64,000 nt of DNA, from positions 417,214 to 481,213 of the forward strand of contig CP132903.1 of the NCBI GenBank assembly GCA_031446145.1, written 5' to 3'. Shown one piece after another: positions 12,735 to 22,594 of this stretch (position 1 is its first letter; each line of letters starts with the position of its first letter). The translations under genes and the position numbers were made by a program. The DNA is from Arsenophonus sp. GTDB taxonomy: Bacteria > Pseudomonadota > Gammaproteobacteria > Enterobacterales > Enterobacteriaceae. Below the pieces are notes generated by a model that was given only the letters and a program-made list of their open reading frames with translations, had not been told where the DNA came from and searched no databases.

Positions 12735-13726
12735 TTTTTCTCCAAAAATAGCATTTATTAAAAATAATATTTCTATTCTAATATAATGAAAAGTAAAAAA
12801 AATATTTTTTGTAAATATTTTTATTGTCATTTTAAATGATTTTTGTTACAGATTTTTTAAGTTATTTTTACTAATTTAGCATTTTTATATACAATATAAT
12901 AAATTATTTTATGAATAACTAATTTATTTAAGAATTAATATAAAAAATTTTTGTATTGTCAATAATATATTATATTTAAATATAATAACATCAAAATATA
13001 AAGAAATTTTTTAGTGGAATTGAAATAGATTTTTTAGTAAATTTTAAATAATAAATATACTTTTTCTGTTATATTAAAATGCTAGAATTATTATTAACTG
13101 GATTTTTATTAAGGAAACACAAAATATAAATTACATATTTTTTCTTGTATTTTTTTTATCTTTTTTATTTCAAGCACTTTTATTATATTAGTACATATTT
13201 TCCTTTTTAAAAACAAATGGTGAATTGTTTGTTATATATTTGAATTTTTTTTATTTTTTTTAAATAAATATAAAAGTTTCTGTTAATTAAATGTTTATAA
13301 AATATATTTTTTTTAGAAAATATGATATTTTATTAAAATTTTAAAAATATTTTATTTTCAGGTTTTGTTATTTTTCTTCTTTTTGGAAAAAACATTTTTC
13401 TAACTGTGCTTGGATTACAAGCTGACAAAAAAGTATGGATATTTTATAATAAAATTTATTAAATTAAAAAAGTTTTTTTGGCAGCATATACAATCTAAAA
13501 AAACAGGCATTAAGATTAAATAGTTTAGTGCATCAATCGATAAAAGTGTTGTTTTTATTTATTTTCCGTTATATTTATCAATATATTATTTTCTATATCC
13601 AGAACTCTAAAAGTTTTTTATAAATTTGGATTTTTAGTGTTTATAGAATGAGATATTTCTTAAATTATTTTAATTATTTGTAATATAATTCGTTTCTTGT
13701 GTTTCTCATTATCAGTATTTTATTTG

Positions 13727-13755
13727 ATCTACAAGGTTTTTGTAGATATTTTTAA
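13727..13755 (+). terminator. Orphan terminator-like hairpin (8-bp stem ATCTACAA/TTGTAGAT, 5-nt loop, then ATTTTT)
   Basis: Perfect inverted repeat read directly; no plus-strand gene lies upstream. Confidence 0.3.
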
Positions 13756-13999
13756 ATTAAACTTTATTTCTGCAAAAATAATTTTTTTAGCTATTTTAGA
13801 GATTACACATATTTTTTTCTACTAAATAACACTTATTTTTATAAAAATATAATTATAGAAAGATTTTTGCTGATGTTTTTATTAATAGTTATTTTTTACT
13901 GTAAGGAAAATGTGTACAATGGTTTTTGATGTTTTTTTTATAAAAAATATTTTTTACGTGTAGGAGAGAATTCTTTTTAACATGTTAATGCTCTGTACT

Positions 14000-14059
14000 A
14001 AAAGTATTAGTTACTATTTAAAAGTATTAGTTATTATTTAAAAGTATTAGTTACTATTT
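14000..14059. repeat. Tandem repeat, 3 x 20 bp (AAAAGTATTAGTTACTATTT; middle copy has one C-to-T change)
   Basis: Counted directly from the sequence lines at 13981-14060. Confidence 0.9.
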
Positions 14060-15744
14060 TATTGATTTTTATATATTATTTTAACTGATTAAAAATAGTA
14101 GTACATCTGATATTTTATGCGAGTATGAATAAATAAAATGTTTTTTATTAGAAACACTTTATTTTTATATTCTTGCGAAATTTACACTTAATTTGGAGTC
14201 GTATTTACTTTTTTGTTTTTTTACTGAATGTTTATTGTTTTAATAGTATGTTGATTTGAATTTTAATGAGTTTAATGTTTATTTTGTTACTTGTATAAAA
14301 TTTATTAAATCTTTGAAAGATTTATTCTTTATGTAATAAAAAATATTTTATGTTTTATTTTTTTGTATTGAAGAAGTACATATTATAAAATTTAAAATTT
14401 TATTTTTTTAATAAATGTTTATTTAAATATATTTTAATAAGAAAATTTATATCTTTATTTTTTGATAGCTGTATTACAAAATTATCTTTTTTGTAGGATT
14501 TTTAATAATTTATGATTAATAAGGTTTCATAAAAAAATTTTAATATTTCCGGTTATTTATTCTCAATTATGTTCCGAGAATCTTATTTTCATAATTTTTT
14601 ATTTTTTTAAATCTATATTGTTGTTAAAAATTTTATAAATACATTAATAAATTATGATTATTTATTATAAATTATAAAAAATCAATTATTTATTCTTTAT
14701 AATGATATATAAACTAATTCATAAAGTTTTATTATGTAGTTTAAAATAGTATATTAAAATATTAATAGATATTTGTTTTAAATAATTTTTTTTAAAAATT
14801 TTTGATACTATACCTTAACTTATAAATATTATGTAAAACAGTTTAACATTACAATAACAGATATTAAATGATAAATTTCTGTTGTGTTCTATAAAGAGCA
14901 TTATTAAATGATACAGTAATTATTTTGTCATTTTATAAAAAAAGATTAATAGATTTTAGTAAATTCTGAATGCTCAATTTCCTCATAATCTGTTATTTTT
15001 TTAATAGATCCATTTTGTTTTTTAATTTTTAATTATTTTTATTTTTTATATAAAATAAAAATTATTTTTTAATAAAATTAATAATCAGTTTTTGTTTTGG
15101 GTATTAAAGTAAACAATAAAATATGTGTTAAAATATTTCATGTTTTGGTATCTCTTATAAAGATTTTCTTATTATGTTATCTGAATATAGTACTTTTTAT
15201 GATATTTTATAAAATGTATTGTGCTTAAAAATAATTATATTTTTTAATAGTACGGTTTACCGAAAGTAAAGTACATTCTTCAGGGATTTTTTTTGTTATA
15301 TTTTTTTAAAATATAGAATTTTTTATTAAAATTAGAGCAATAAGGAAATTTTATCAACTATAGATCATTAAACTATAGTATTTATATTATTTAAAAGATT
15401 ACTTTGATTTATTACTTTAAATAGAATTTTTTATATAAATATTTTAAGCAGATATATTGCCAAATAATAACTGTATTTATTTTTTCTTAAGCACAAAAAT
15501 TTTTGTTATTATATTTAATTTTATATCTTTAATTGTTATAAAAGTTATTATATATACTTAACTTTTTAAAAAAAACTAAAAAAATATATTAAAAATCTAG
15601 AATAAGATATTATATAATTTATTAATTATAAATTAATTCTGTAAAAATTCATTTTTTATTTTTTAATACATATAATATATAAACGTTATTAATTTTAATT
15701 GATTTTAAGGTCATTGATATTTGTAATAATAAGGGAAACATTTG

Positions 15745-16077
15745 ATGAATTTTTTTATTTCTGAAGCAGCAGCTTTGGTGGATGTTCGATCTCAAGAAAA
15801 CACTTATTCTTTAATTATTATGTTAGTTATTTTTGGATTAATTTTTTATTTTATGATTTTACGGCCACAACAAAAACGTGCTAAAGAACATAAAAAATTA
15901 ATAGATTCTATTTCTAAAGGTGATGAAATATTAACAACAGGTGGCATTATTGGGCGTGTTACGAAAATATCTGAAACAGGTTATATTATTCTTGCATTAA
16001 ATGATACAAATGAAGTAACTATTAAACGAGATTTTGTTACAGCGGTATTGCCAAAAGGTACAATGAAATTTATTTAA
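15745..16077 (+). CDS. yajC: Preprotein translocase subunit YajC
   Basis: MNFFISEAAA...LIFYFMILRPQQKRAKEHKKL...VLPKGTMK is near-colinear with E. coli YajC (110 aa). Confidence 0.93.
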   Translation: MNFFISEAAALVDVRSQENTYSLIIMLVIFGLIFYFMILRPQQKRAKEHKKLIDSISKGDEILTTGGIIGRVTKISETGYIILALNDTNEVTIKRDFVTAVLPKGTMKFI

Positions 16078-16105
16078 TTTTAAAGGTTATATAAAGAGAA
16101 TCATC

Positions 16106-17950
16106 TTGTTAAATCGTTATCCTTTATGGAAAAATTTTTTTATAGTAAGTATTTTGATTATTAGTGTAATCTATGCACTACCAAATTTTTTTGGAGAAGA
16201 TCCGGCTATTCAAATTGTTGGAGTAAGGGGAAATTTTGCAAATGAAGCAATTTTAAACCAAATTGTTAATATTTTGCAAAAAGAAAAAATAGATATTAAA
16301 TCAGTAAAATTGCAAAATGATGAAATTCTTGTTTGTTTTAATAATGTAAATTCACAACTCAATGCAAGAGATATTTTGCTTTCTAGTTTAGAAGAAAACT
16401 ATGTTATTGCGCTAAATTTAGCACCTCTCACACCTAATTGGTTGAAATTTTTAGGCGCTGAACCTATGAAATTAGGGTTAGATTTACGTGGTGGTGTACA
16501 TTTTTTAATATCAGTAGATATAAATAAAATTTTAAATCAATTGCAGGAATATACGATTAATACTATTAGCAATGATTTACGTAAACAAAAATTATCATAT
16601 TTAAGTATACGCAAAATTAATAATTACGGTATTGAAGTGCGTTTTCATGATGATTATGAATGTTTAAAATCTAGAAATTATTTAAAGGATCTTTATAATG
16701 ATTTCTTTTTTGAAATTAAAAATAGTAGATTATTTATATTACTGAAAAATGAACGAGTTACAAAAGCTCGAAATTATGCATTATCTCAGAATCTTAACAT
16801 TATCCGTAATCGTATTAATCAATTAGGAATTATGGAACCCTTGATACAACGTCAGGGTGATTGTATTATTGTTGAATTGCCTGGTATTCAAGATACGGCA
16901 AGAGCTAAGGAAATTCTAAGTGCAACAGCTATGCTGGAATTTAGGTTAGTCAATACAGATATTCATCATTCTTTTATGCGTAATTTTTATATTCCTCCTG
17001 ATGATTCAGAAATAAAATATACTCGTGATGGTCAGTCTGTGTTGCTGTATAAAAAAATAATTTTAACTGGTGATCATATTACTAATGCAAAATATGATTT
17101 TGATGATATGGGTAATGTACAAGTTAATATTAGTTTAGATAATATCGGTGGTTCTATTATGTCCAATTTTACACGTAATCATCAAAATAAACTGATTGCG
17201 ACTTTATTGGTAGAGTATAAGGATACTGGAAAAAAAAATGCTCATGGTAATACTATTTTAGTAAAAGATGAAAAAATTATTAATATTGCTAAAATTTCTA
17301 GTTATTTTAGTAACAAATTTCGTATTACTGGTATTAGTGATCCAACGGAAGCTCGTCAATTATCATTATTATTAAGGTCTGGTGCATTAGTTTCACCTAT
17401 TCAAATTATTCAAGAAATAACAATTGGACCAGCATTAGGATTACAAAATATTAAAGAAGGTATTAAAGCATCATTATCAGGTTTATTAATTTCTATGTTA
17501 TTTTTAGTAATTTATTACCGTAAGTTTGGTATCATTGCAAGTGTTGCTTTATTAATAAATTTAATTTTGATAGTTGGTATTATGTCTGTATTACCAGGGG
17601 TCACTTTAACTATGCCTGGAATTGCTGGTATTGTTTTAATTGTTGCTATATCTGTTGATGCCACAGTTTTAATCAATGAACGTATTAAAGAAGAATTAAG
17701 AAATGGTCGATCTGTACAACAAGCCATAAATGAAGGTTATAAAGGTTCATTTTCTAGCATTTTAGATGCAAATATAACTACTGGTATTACATCAATAATT
17801 TTGTATGTAGTAGGTTCTGGTTTTATTAAAGGTTTTGCTATCACGACAATTATTGGTATTGTGACATCCATGTTTACTTCTATTATATTCACTCGCGCTT
17901 GTGTAAATTTATTATATGGTGGTAAACGACTTAAAAAGTTATCCATTTGA
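16106..17950 (+). CDS. secD: Protein translocase subunit SecD
   Basis: 614 aa; the MLNRYPLWK N-terminus matches E. coli SecD (615 aa). Start codon is TTG. Confidence 0.95.
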   Translation: MLNRYPLWKNFFIVSILIISVIYALPNFFGEDPAIQIVGVRGNFANEAILNQIVNILQKEKIDIKSVKLQNDEILVCFNNVNSQLNARDILLSSLEENYVIALNLAPLTPNWLKFLGAEPMKLGLDLRGGVHFLISVDINKILNQLQEYTINTISNDLRKQKLSYLSIRKINNYGIEVRFHDDYECLKSRNYLKDLYNDFFFEIKNSRLFILLKNERVTKARNYALSQNLNIIRNRINQLGIMEPLIQRQGDCIIVELPGIQDTARAKEILSATAMLEFRLVNTDIHHSFMRNFYIPPDDSEIKYTRDGQSVLLYKKIILTGDHITNAKYDFDDMGNVQVNISLDNIGGSIMSNFTRNHQNKLIATLLVEYKDTGKKNAHGNTILVKDEKIINIAKISSYFSNKFRITGISDPTEARQLSLLLRSGALVSPIQIIQEITIGPALGLQNIKEGIKASLSGLLISMLFLVIYYRKFGIIASVALLINLILIVGIMSVLPGVTLTMPGIAGIVLIVAISVDATVLINERIKEELRNGRSVQQAINEGYKGSFSSILDANITTGITSIILYVVGSGFIKGFAITTIIGIVTSMFTSIIFTRACVNLLYGGKRLKKLSI

Positions 17951-17972
17951 GAAATTTTTAAGGAATTTGATT

Positions 17973-18938
17973 GTGTTGCAAAATTATACGGAGAAATATT
18001 TAAATAATAAATATAAAATTATTGACTTCATGTCTTTAAATTTTTTTGCATTTTTTATTTCAATTGTTTTAGTGATTATTTCATTGACGATTATTACATT
18101 CAAAGGTTTTTATTTTGGATTAGAATTTACTGGTGGTACGGTTATTGAAATTAGTTTTAGTAAATTGATAAATTTAGATAAAGTTAGAGAAAATTTAATG
18201 TTTCATGGTCATAAAAAAATATTAATTCAGCATTTTGGCAGTGTTCATAACATTATAATTCGCTTGCCTCCTAATCAAGATTTTAAAGATAAGACAATTG
18301 ATAAATCTATTATTTCTATAATTAATAGAAATATCGATAATAAAGCATTTTTAAAAAGAATCGAATTTGTTGGACCTAGTGTAGGAGATGAATTAGTTAA
18401 AAAAGGGTTCATAGCAATTTTATCTGCTTTTATTGGTATTTTAATTTATATCAGTATACGTTTTGAATGGCGTTTAGCATCTGCTACTGTAATTACGTTA
18501 ATACATGATGTAATTTTTATATTAGGGATATTATCGTTATTTCAGGTTGAATTTAATATGACTGTTCTTGCTGCATTAATGTCAGTGATTGGGTATTCAT
18601 TAAATGATAGTATTGTTATCTTTGATCGTATTCGTGAAAATTTTTGCAAAATACATCATGTATCTTCTTGTTTGATAATCAATCTTTCTTTAACGCAAAC
18701 ATTAAAAAGAACATTAATTACATCGATAAGTACTTTATTAGTAGTATTAATGCTTTATATATTTGGTGGCTTAATGCTCAAAGGATTTTCATTGGTATTT
18801 TTAATTGGTGTGATTATTGGAAGTATTTCTTCGATTTATGTCGCTTCTTCATTAGTTTTAATGATGGGAATAAAACGAAAACATTTAGTTCCGATGATTT
18901 TATTAAAAGAAGAGGATAATGAAAACTATTTGAAATAA
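17973..18938 (+). CDS. secF: Protein translocase subunit SecF
   Basis: LEFTGGTVIE, RIEFVGPSVG and MSVIGYSLNDSIVIFDRIRENF match E. coli SecF. GTG start sits 8 nt after AGGA; the tracked ORF starts at 17916, inside secD. Confidence 0.92.
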   Translation: MLQNYTEKYLNNKYKIIDFMSLNFFAFFISIVLVIISLTIITFKGFYFGLEFTGGTVIEISFSKLINLDKVRENLMFHGHKKILIQHFGSVHNIIIRLPPNQDFKDKTIDKSIISIINRNIDNKAFLKRIEFVGPSVGDELVKKGFIAILSAFIGILIYISIRFEWRLASATVITLIHDVIFILGILSLFQVEFNMTVLAALMSVIGYSLNDSIVIFDRIRENFCKIHHVSSCLIINLSLTQTLKRTLITSISTLLVVLMLYIFGGLMLKGFSLVFLIGVIIGSISSIYVASSLVLMMGIKRKHLVPMILLKEEDNENYLK

Positions 18939-19022
18939 ATATTATCAATTTTAATTATTTATATTGATTCTAATGTTTCAATAAAGTTCTTTATGCAGAG
19001 TAGTAAAAATGCAATAAAGAAA

Positions 19023-19461
19023 ATGTATCTATTCTCTGTTCTGTAATTTTTTCAATATTAAAGCCATCAATTCATGTTTATTTGAAGACAGTTTAAAGAT
19101 TAAACGAGAACGTATTGTATTTTATAAACGTAATATCATTTCTTTTAAAATATCCGCATTATTTATGTCTCTTGTAGTAAACACCTGTAATATATGTAAA
19201 TTATTAGATGAAGATAAGATAAAAAAGGTATAAAAAAAGTATTAGAAAAATTATTTATGAGCTCTGGTAATTTAGAAACAACTATTTAATAATGTAATTT
19301 TTTTACGAATAATGATAAAATTTTTTTTTGAAATATAATCAGAAGACAGTAATAGTAAAATTAAACAATAGACAAATTTTCTTATATGCGCTTTTTCTCT
19401 GTATCGTAATTTTGAAGATATACGTGAATTTTGTGAAGAAAATGCTACTTTACAGGATTAA
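19023..19461 (+). pseudogene. nrdR: Decayed nrdR (transcriptional repressor of ribonucleotide reductase genes)
   Basis: Sits at the syntenic position directly upstream of ribD. The 3' block YMRFFSV / NFEDIREFCEENATLQD* aligns with E. coli YIRFASV(YR)[17 protein letters not shown], with a 2-bp deletion in the Tyr codon (gta t--cgt aat). The 5' block (19030..19233) reads SLFCNFFNIKAINSCL...KRER...DEDKIK versus CPFCFAVDTKVIDSRL...RRRR...NEEKLR. There are multiple frameshifts and stops, and the second zinc-ribbon CxxC is lost. Confidence 0.8.
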
Positions 19462-19463
19462 AA

Positions 19464-20573
19464 ATGATTTTATGTAAAAAAAAATTTATGTACCGTGCAT
19501 TATATTTAGCAAAAAAAGGACAGTTTACTACATCTCCAAATCCAAATGTCGGATGTGTTATTGTTTATAATGATGAAATTGTTGGTGAAGGTTTTCATTA
19601 TAAAGCAGGAGAGTCACATGCTGAGATTAATGCTTTAAAAATGGCTGGTAAAAGAGCTCAGGGTGCAACAGCTTATATTACATTAGAACCTTGTAGTCAT
19701 TATGGTAAAACCCCACCCTGTGTCAATGCTCTAATTGATGCGGGCATAAGTTGTGTTTGTGTTTCTATGAAAGATCCTAATCCTAAAATTAGAGGACGTG
19801 GTCTCTTAAAATTACAAAAAGCTGGAATACAAGTATTCCACGGTTTATTAATAAAAGAAGCAGAGGATTTAAATCGAGCTTTTTTAAAAAGAATGCGTAC
19901 TGGTTTTCCATATGTGCAACTTAAATTAGGGGCATCACTTGATGGTAAGACAGCACTTGCTTCAGGTGACAGTAAATGGCTTACTTCTTTAAAATCTCGA
20001 AAAGATGTACAAAATTTTAGAGCAAAAGCTAGTGCAGTTTTAACGACTAGTAGTACAGTAATTAATGACAATCCTTCTTTAAATGTTCGTTGGGCAGATT
20101 TTACATCTAAGTTAAAGAATATTTATCCTAAAAAACAAATTCGACAGCCAATAAGAATTGTTTTAGATAGAAAAAATCAAGTTACTTCGGAACATTTAAT
20201 TACAAAAGTCGAAGGGGAGTGTTGGTTGATTCGTTCTCAATCAATTTTACAAAATTGGGTTGATAATGTAAAAGAAATCATTATACCTAGTTATAAAAAA
20301 GAATTTGATTTGATTTTAATAATGATAGAACTTGGTAAAAGGAATATTAATTCAATTTTTATTGAAAGTGGGTCAACATTAGCTGGTTCTTTATTGCGAT
20401 TAAAATTAATTGATGAGTTAATCATTTATATTGCACCTAAAATTTTAGGTGAGCAAGCAAAAGGTTTATTTAATATTCCAGAATTAAAAAAAATAAGTCA
20501 TGCTGCTTTATTTAAATTTGTTAATGTTAAATGTATCGGTTGTGATGTACGTTTAAGATTACGACCATTGTAG
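19464..20573 (+). CDS. ribD: Bifunctional riboflavin biosynthesis protein RibD (deaminase/reductase)
   Basis: 369 aa; HAEINAL, TLEPCSHYGKTPPC and MRTGFPYVQLKLGASLDGKTA are colinear with E. coli RibD (367 aa). Confidence 0.95.
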   Translation: MILCKKKFMYRALYLAKKGQFTTSPNPNVGCVIVYNDEIVGEGFHYKAGESHAEINALKMAGKRAQGATAYITLEPCSHYGKTPPCVNALIDAGISCVCVSMKDPNPKIRGRGLLKLQKAGIQVFHGLLIKEAEDLNRAFLKRMRTGFPYVQLKLGASLDGKTALASGDSKWLTSLKSRKDVQNFRAKASAVLTTSSTVINDNPSLNVRWADFTSKLKNIYPKKQIRQPIRIVLDRKNQVTSEHLITKVEGECWLIRSQSILQNWVDNVKEIIIPSYKKEFDLILIMIELGKRNINSIFIESGSTLAGSLLRLKLIDELIIYIAPKILGEQAKGLFNIPELKKISHAALFKFVNVKCIGCDVRLRLRPL

Positions 20574-20728
20574 AATATTTTTAGATTAAAATAAACTTAT
20601 TAAGTTAATGTATAGATATATATAATAAAAAAAAATATTATTAATATATTTAATTCTTTATAAAATTTAATCAATATAGAAAAATATGATATTATTAATT
20701 TAATTTTTAGTTTTCAATGAGAGATTTT

Positions 20729-21199
20729 ATGCGTATCATAAAAAGTTTTGTAACAGCACCTAAATCCCGTATAGCAATAGCTATCGCACGGTGTAATCAT
20801 TTTATAAATAATAGTTTACTAAAAGGAGCGATTGACACTTTAGAACGTGTTGGTTTAGTGAAAAAAGAAAATATAACAGTAGTCTGGTTGCCCGGATCTT
20901 ATGAGCTACCTTTGATAATTAAAACATTATCAGATACAAAAAAATATGACGGGATTATTGCACTTTCTACTATTATACGTGGTGAAACACAACATTTTTC
21001 ATATCTTTTTGATGTATGCAGTTCTGGAATTGCTAATATTGTCATGAAAAGTAATATTCCTGTTGGGTTTGGAGTTTTAATAACAGAAAATATTGAACAA
21101 GCAATTGAGCGTTCAGGTACTAAATCCGGAAATAAAGGTGTGGATGCTGCTTTATCAGTACTTGAAATGATTAATATAATTCATGATATCAAAAGTTAA
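20729..21199 (+). CDS. ribH: 6,7-dimethyl-8-ribityllumazine synthase
   Basis: [21 protein letters not shown]...[10 protein letters not shown]...GTKSGNKG matches E. coli RibE/RibH. Starting at the second Met gives 156 aa, as in E. coli. Confidence 0.93.
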   Translation: MRIIKSFVTAPKSRIAIAIARCNHFINNSLLKGAIDTLERVGLVKKENITVVWLPGSYELPLIIKTLSDTKKYDGIIALSTIIRGETQHFSYLFDVCSSGIANIVMKSNIPVGFGVLITENIEQAIERSGTKSGNKGVDAALSVLEMINIIHDIKS

Positions 21200-21228
21200 T
21201 AAATTTTTTTTACAAAATAGGAAAATTT

Positions 21229-21642
21229 GTGAAATTTGCTACTCGTCATCGAGCACGGGAGTGTGCTGTACAAGCAATTTATTCCTGGGAATTATCAGGA
21301 AATAGTATTGATGATATCGAAATAGGTTTTTTTTCTGAACAAGATATGTCTAATGTTGATGTTTCTTATTTTCATGAATTAGTAATTGGTGTATCTAATA
21401 ATGTTTCTGAATTAGATAAAAAAATTACTCCTTATCTTTTTCGTCACATTAAGCAACTTGGTTATATAGAAAAATCTGTTTTACGTCTAGCTACTTTTGA
21501 ACTTTTTTACTGTAATGATGTACCTTATAAAGTTATTATTAATGAAGCCATTGAATTAGCAAAAGTGTTTGGTGCAGAGAAAAGCCATATATTTATTAAT
21601 GCTATTTTAGATAAAGTCGTTAATACTGCACGTAAAAAATAA
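21229..21642 (+). CDS. nusB: Transcription antitermination factor NusB
   Basis: RHRARECAVQAIYSWELS...VPYKVIINEAIELAKVFG matches E. coli NusB. GTG start follows AGGAAAA. Confidence 0.95.
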   Translation: MKFATRHRARECAVQAIYSWELSGNSIDDIEIGFFSEQDMSNVDVSYFHELVIGVSNNVSELDKKITPYLFRHIKQLGYIEKSVLRLATFELFYCNDVPYKVIINEAIELAKVFGAEKSHIFINAILDKVVNTARKK

Positions 21643-22051
21643 TATTTAATCAATAAATATACTTAAAAATATTTTTTTGTCATACAATACCTAGTATTAC
21701 TGCAAAAACATTGGCATTTTTTGTAAAACTATCATAACTAATTTTATCTATGAGATAATCATGTGAAAATATATTATTCTTCTTATTTTTTTATTTTTTT
21801 CTAATTTTGAAAATATTAATATTAAAAGTTCAAATTTCTTGAAAACTATAAAAATTAATAATGTTTTATTTTTGTATAATAAAAGAAAGTATTTTACGTT
21901 TTCTTTTAAGTATAAAAACTTTATTTTATAAAATAATTTAATATAAATAAAAAATTTGTATGTTCGTTAAATATAAATTACTATAAATTTTAGTTTAATA
22001 TTATTTGTGATATAAATAATACATTTTTTTTAAAAAATAGATTTTAGACTT

Positions 22052-22594
22052 TTGAAATCCAATTTTTTTGGTAGCAATTTTTCAAAAAAACTTATTTTAA
22101 AAATTATGGATAAAAAATCTTTTTTAACTATTTTTCATCCTTTATATTTATTTGGAACTGGATTTGGTAGTGGTTTATCGCCAGTAGCTCCAGGGACCAT
22201 AGGGTCATTAGTTGCTATTCCATTTTGGTTATTGATGTATTGGTTAATACCATTTTGGTGGCATTTTTTTGTCATTGTCTTATTTTTTTTTATAGGCGTA
22301 ATGATTTGTCAGAAAATTTCAAATGCCATAAAAATATACGATCATAGCAGTATTGTTTGGGATGAATTTGTTGGAATGTGGTTAACACTTATGTCTATTA
22401 ATGTCATTAATCTAGAATGGTTATTGATAGCATTTATGATTTTTCGATTTTTTGATATATTAAAGCCTTGGCCTATTATTTGGTTTCATAAAAAAATCTT
22501 GGGAGGTTTTGGTATTATGTTAGATGATGTAATAGCAGCTTTTTTTTCTGTAATTACTTTATTAATGATACAGTATTTTTTATTATTTTTTTAA
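22052..22594 (+). CDS. pgpA: Phosphatidylglycerophosphatase A
   Basis: [19 protein letters not shown]...[13 protein letters not shown]...KPWPI...GIMLDDVIA is colinear with E. coli PgpA. The start is uncertain (TTG at 22052 or ATG at 22106). Confidence 0.87.
   Translation: MKSNFFGSNFSKKLILKIMDKKSFLTIFHPLYLFGTGFGSGLSPVAPGTIGSLVAIPFWLLMYWLIPFWWHFFVIVLFFFIGVMICQKISNAIKIYDHSSIVWDEFVGMWLTLMSINVINLEWLLIAFMIFRFFDILKPWPIIWFHKKILGGFGIMLDDVIAAFFSVITLLMIQYFLLFF

Noticed and set aside
14000-14059. Could the 20-bp triple repeat be a mini CRISPR array?
   Set aside because: The copies are directly adjacent with no spacers, the unit is not palindromic, and no cas genes are present. It is a simple tandem repeat.
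18644-18919. 91-aa same-strand alternate-frame ORF inside secF, and the 79-aa ORF 37007..37246 inside clpX
   Set aside because: The overlapped frames (SecF, ClpX) are colinear with E. coli proteins. The alternate frames give low-complexity sequence with no homology I recognise.
19700-20071. 123-aa ORF antisense to ribD
   Set aside because: It lies entirely inside the well-supported ribD on the opposite strand, with no recognisable motifs. It is a typical shadow ORF. The same reasoning applies to 726..908, 823..1032, 1312..1512, 4232..4426, 12532..12786, 17515..17727, 17737..17946, 22815..23048, 26721..26924, 30547..30777, 31787..31987, 38907..39125, 41817..42032, 47010..47243, 48949..49161, 52054..52404 and 57982..58227.
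21698-21770. Frame YCKNIGIFCKTI between nusB and pgpA as a possible relic of the ThiL GIGDDCA motif
   Set aside because: The match needs a 2-codon gap and rests on about 3 identities. The position is right for thiL, but the evidence is insufficient.
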